The translations under genes were made by a program, and so were the position numbers. This document shows positions 1 through 1,033 of a stretch of 1,033 nucleotides of DNA, piece after piece. Numbering within the stretch: the stretch's first letter is position 1; every line of letters begins with the position of its first letter. Under the pieces are notes generated by a model, which saw only the letters and a program-made list of their open reading frames with translations, made no database searches and was not told the origin of the DNA. The stretch is from Naegleria gruberi (Eukaryota), in NCBI GenBank assembly GCA_000004985.1, contig GG739605.1, one strand, 5' to 3'.

Positions 1-38
<38 letters not shown>

Positions 39-80
39 CGAAGCAGAATTCGCAAAGTGTTGGATTGTTCACCCACTAAC

Positions 81-134
<54 letters not shown>

Positions 135-620
135 AACCAATTTCGGTGCCAGTAGTAAATCTTAGTACGAGAGGAACAGCTTTGCCATGCATTTAGTTGC
201 AGGTCCGTTTGAAATGATGTGGCTTTTCGCCACGCATGTAGATGTATAACTGAAAGCCTCTAAGTTATGAGTCTTACTGTGATGCTGAGTTAGGTTCAGT
301 CCCACTGAGTAAACATAAAGATTATCTCTATCTAGTGGTAGCCAAAAGGGATTGGACCGTATCAAATAAGGAGACCACTTATGACCCCTCTTTGAAGGGA
401 CCTACTGTCGTACCTGGGCGAGACAGGGCTTCTTGTCGACTCACTGACGCTCGTAAAGTCCCGAACCTGATAAAGGATCTATACTTTACCTGCGTCTACG
501 ATAGTACCTATGGAATTGAATTGAAGTGATGATTTGATCATTCTGAACTTCAATGACATTCCGGCAATCTATGTATTGAACTAGTGACTTGATCACTTGC
601 TGGTTTGATGCAAAGTTTGT
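1..620 (+). rRNA. Large-subunit (25S/26S/28S-type) nuclear rRNA gene, 3'-terminal portion (end of domain V and domain VI); partial, continues upstream of the window
   Basis: Near-exact matches to universally conserved eukaryotic cytosolic LSU blocks: GATCCTTCGATGTCGGCTCTTCCTATCATTG (9-39), GGATTGTTCACCCACTAACAGGGAACGTGAGCTGGGTTTAGACCGTCGTGAGACAGGTTAGTTTTACCCTACTAA (62-136), the sarcin-ricin loop AGTACGAGAGGAAC (164-177), and a divergent but recognisable block AACTGAAAGCCTCTAAGTTATGAGTC (248-273) where yeast has GGCUGAACGCCUCUAAGUCAGAAUCC, followed by AAATAAGGAGACC (365-377) like yeast GAAUAAGGCGUCC. The bacterial/organellar versions of these regions differ (e.g. GGCUGUUCGCC...GAACGUCGUGAGACAGUUCGG), so this is nuclear-type. 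The 3' boundary is inferred by analogy to the yeast 25S end: a hairpin (583-597 AGTGA-CTTGA-TCACT) followed by about 22 nt ending ...AAAGTTTGT at 620, then a T-run. The true end could lie anywhere in about 609-620. Confidence 0.93.
164..177 (+). other. Sarcin-ricin loop (H95) motif of LSU rRNA
   Basis: Exact AGTACGAGAGGAAC 14-mer, invariant in cytosolic LSU rRNAs, in the expected position relative to the flanking conserved blocks. Confidence 0.9.
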
Positions 621-705
621 TTTTTTAGGGCTTTGGAAAAATTTCCCAAGTTGATCAGCTTGGTTTTTTTTTCCTTTGCTTTGAAATGGGCTTTGTTTTT
701 TCTTC
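621..705 (+). terminator. T-rich zone just 3' of the LSU rRNA end (T7 at 620-626, T9 at 664-672, T6 at 696-701): candidate Pol I termination / 3'-end processing region
   Basis: Three oligo-T runs within 85 nt of the inferred 3' end. This resembles the T-rich stretch that follows the yeast 25S 3' end and precedes the Rnt1 site and Reb1-dependent terminator. The functional assignment is by analogy only. Confidence 0.35.
646..672 (+). terminator. 3'-ETS hairpin (18-bp near-palindrome CCAAGTTGATCAGCTTGG) immediately followed by a T9 run
   Basis: Bases 646-652 pair with 657-663 (C-G, C-G, A-U, A-U, G-C, U.G wobble, U-A) around a GAUC tetraloop at 653-656. Both DNA mismatches in the palindrome become one G.U wobble pair in RNA. 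The T9 run at 664-672 abuts the 3' arm. The position is about +26 to +52 from the inferred rRNA end. Confidence 0.35.
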
Positions 706-780
706 AAACTCTTGTTTGTTGGGATTACAATGGGTTAAAGGGGATGCTTCCACCAGTTCCTTTAATTATTGTTTGTCAAA

Positions 781-861
781 TCATGTATCAAAATGTCATG
801 TATTTCGTTCCCTTCCCTTGACATGTATGAATTCGTTTCCCTTCCTTTCATGTATGAATTC
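781..861 (+). repeat. Degenerate tandem spacer subrepeat (27-29-bp unit, about 3.5 copies) with core CATGTAT(GAA)TTCG
   Basis: Unit A 806-834 CGTTCCCTTCCCTTGACATGTATGAATTC and unit B 835-861 GTTTCCCTTCCTTTCATGTATGAATTC. The last 13 nt are identical and the whole units about 85% identical. Upstream degenerate copies are CATGTAT at 782-788 and CATGTATTTCG at 797-807, the latter matching the core with GAA deleted. Each full unit carries a GAATTC site (829-834, 856-861). Confidence 0.8.
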
Positions 862-907
862 ATTTGATAATTGTAACTAAATAAAATTTAACCAATTTTT
901 CAAGCCG

Positions 908-944
908 CCACGTATCACAAACTCTTATATCAATCGTTACGTGG
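908..944 (+). repeat. Short inverted repeat CCACGTA ... TACGTGG (7-bp arms, 23-nt spacer)
   Basis: CCACGTA (908-914) is exactly reverse-complemented by TACGTGG (938-944). The arms extend imperfectly to GCCACGTA / TACGTGGg. Each arm contains an ACGT core. At this length the match is statistically weak. Confidence 0.3.
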
Positions 945-965
945 GCTTCATCTTTTCGGCGTCGT

Positions 966-1033
966 CATATCAATAGCAATCAATAAGCAATCAATCGATT
1001 ATTAGCAAATTCAATCAACAAAATCGATCAACA
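966..1033 (+). repeat. G-depleted A/C-rich CAATCA-type satellite / low-complexity tract, running off the window edge
   Basis: Perfect tandem 11-mers AGCAATCAATA (975-985) and AGCAATCAATC (986-996), with further CAATCA at 1012-1017 and a degenerate AGCAAATTCAATCA at 1004-1017. ATCGAT occurs twice (994-999, 1023-1028). Only 5 G among 68 nt on the + strand. ATATCAAT also appears upstream at 927-934 and 967-974. Confidence 0.7.

Larger units (their letters stand above)
621..1033 (+). other. rDNA 3' external transcribed spacer / intergenic spacer (non-coding)
   Basis: Starts immediately downstream of the inferred LSU 3' end. AT content rises sharply, with T-runs, short direct and inverted repeats and low-complexity satellite. 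No conserved rRNA blocks and no coherent ORF. Confidence 0.75.

Noticed and set aside
162-365. 67-aa ORF on the - strand
   Set aside because: It lies entirely antisense to highly conserved LSU rRNA, including the sarcin-ricin loop. It has no start context and is a chance open frame in structural RNA.
335-529. 64-aa ORF on the + strand
   Set aside because: It sits inside the LSU rRNA domain VI sequence. Rather than reflecting codon usage, its amino-acid composition reflects rRNA sequence. Spurious.
1-620. Intron or retroelement (group I intron, R1/R2-type) insertion in the LSU gene
   Set aside because: The conserved blocks are contiguous and collinear with uninterrupted LSU rRNAs. The classical R1/R2 and common group I intron sites lie upstream of this window. 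No insertion is seen.
635-646. GGAAAAATTTCC quasi-palindrome
   Set aside because: It would leave only a 2-nt loop as a hairpin and is imperfect as a DNA palindrome. The adjacent 646-663 element is a far better structured candidate.
534-657. TTGATCA occurring three times (534-540, 590-596, 651-657), and GAATTC at 46-51, 829-834 and 856-861
   Set aside because: These are short palindromic hexamers and heptamers at near-chance frequency in AT-rich DNA. The first two TTGATCA copies lie within rRNA helices. GATC methylation motifs have no known relevance in a eukaryotic nuclear context. They are noted only as possible mapping landmarks.
486-707. 73-aa ORF on the - strand (ends ...RYYRRRR)
   Set aside because: It spans the rRNA 3' end and the T-rich spacer. 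The K/R-rich low-complexity translation is produced by antisense reading of the T-runs. Spurious.
806-861. Possible CRISPR-like array (28-bp direct repeats)
   Set aside because: There are only two adjacent degenerate units, with no unique spacers between them. The sequence is eukaryotic rDNA spacer. It is a spacer subrepeat.
633-880. Two overlapping + strand ORFs (633-821, 62 aa; 686-880, 64 aa)
   Set aside because: They overlap each other in different frames within low-complexity T-rich spacer and tandem repeats. Their F/L/C-rich translations are typical of AT/T-rich non-coding DNA. No support for coding.
621-1033. Downstream 5S rRNA or tRNA gene (as in some fungal or amoebozoan rDNA units)
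   Set aside because: No 5S-like sequence was recognised (no GCCATAC-type 5' end or box A/C context), and no tRNA cloverleaf signatures. The region is simple-sequence spacer.

Overview
This window is the 3' end of a eukaryotic nuclear rDNA unit on the + strand, and I see no protein-coding gene, mobile element, CRISPR array or other novel system in it. Positions 1 to about 620 are the 3'-terminal part of the large-subunit rRNA gene (25S/26S/28S class; end of domain V plus domain VI). The call rests on long near-universal eukaryote-specific blocks, including GGAUUGUUCACCCACUAA.AGGGAACGUGAGCUGGGUUUAGACCGUCGUGAGACAGGUUAGUUUUACCCUACU and the sarcin-ricin loop AGUACGAGAGGAAC at 164-177. The variable stretches between those blocks are unusually divergent and AT-rich, so I cannot assign a lineage from memory; a protist-like, non-fungal, non-metazoan source is my guess only. 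Positions 621-1033 are AT-rich 3' external/intergenic spacer. It contains three T-runs, an 18-bp near-palindrome that folds as a hairpin directly ahead of a T9 run (about +26 to +52 from the inferred rRNA end), a degenerate 27-29-bp tandem subrepeat array (781-861), a short ACGT-containing inverted repeat, and a G-depleted CAATCA-type satellite that runs off the window edge. All five ORFs in the six-frame track look spurious: they lie on or antisense to the rRNA, or in low-complexity spacer in mutually overlapping frames. The spacer repeats and the 3'-ETS hairpin are lineage-specific elements worth checking. They are best explained as Pol I termination, processing or spacer architecture.
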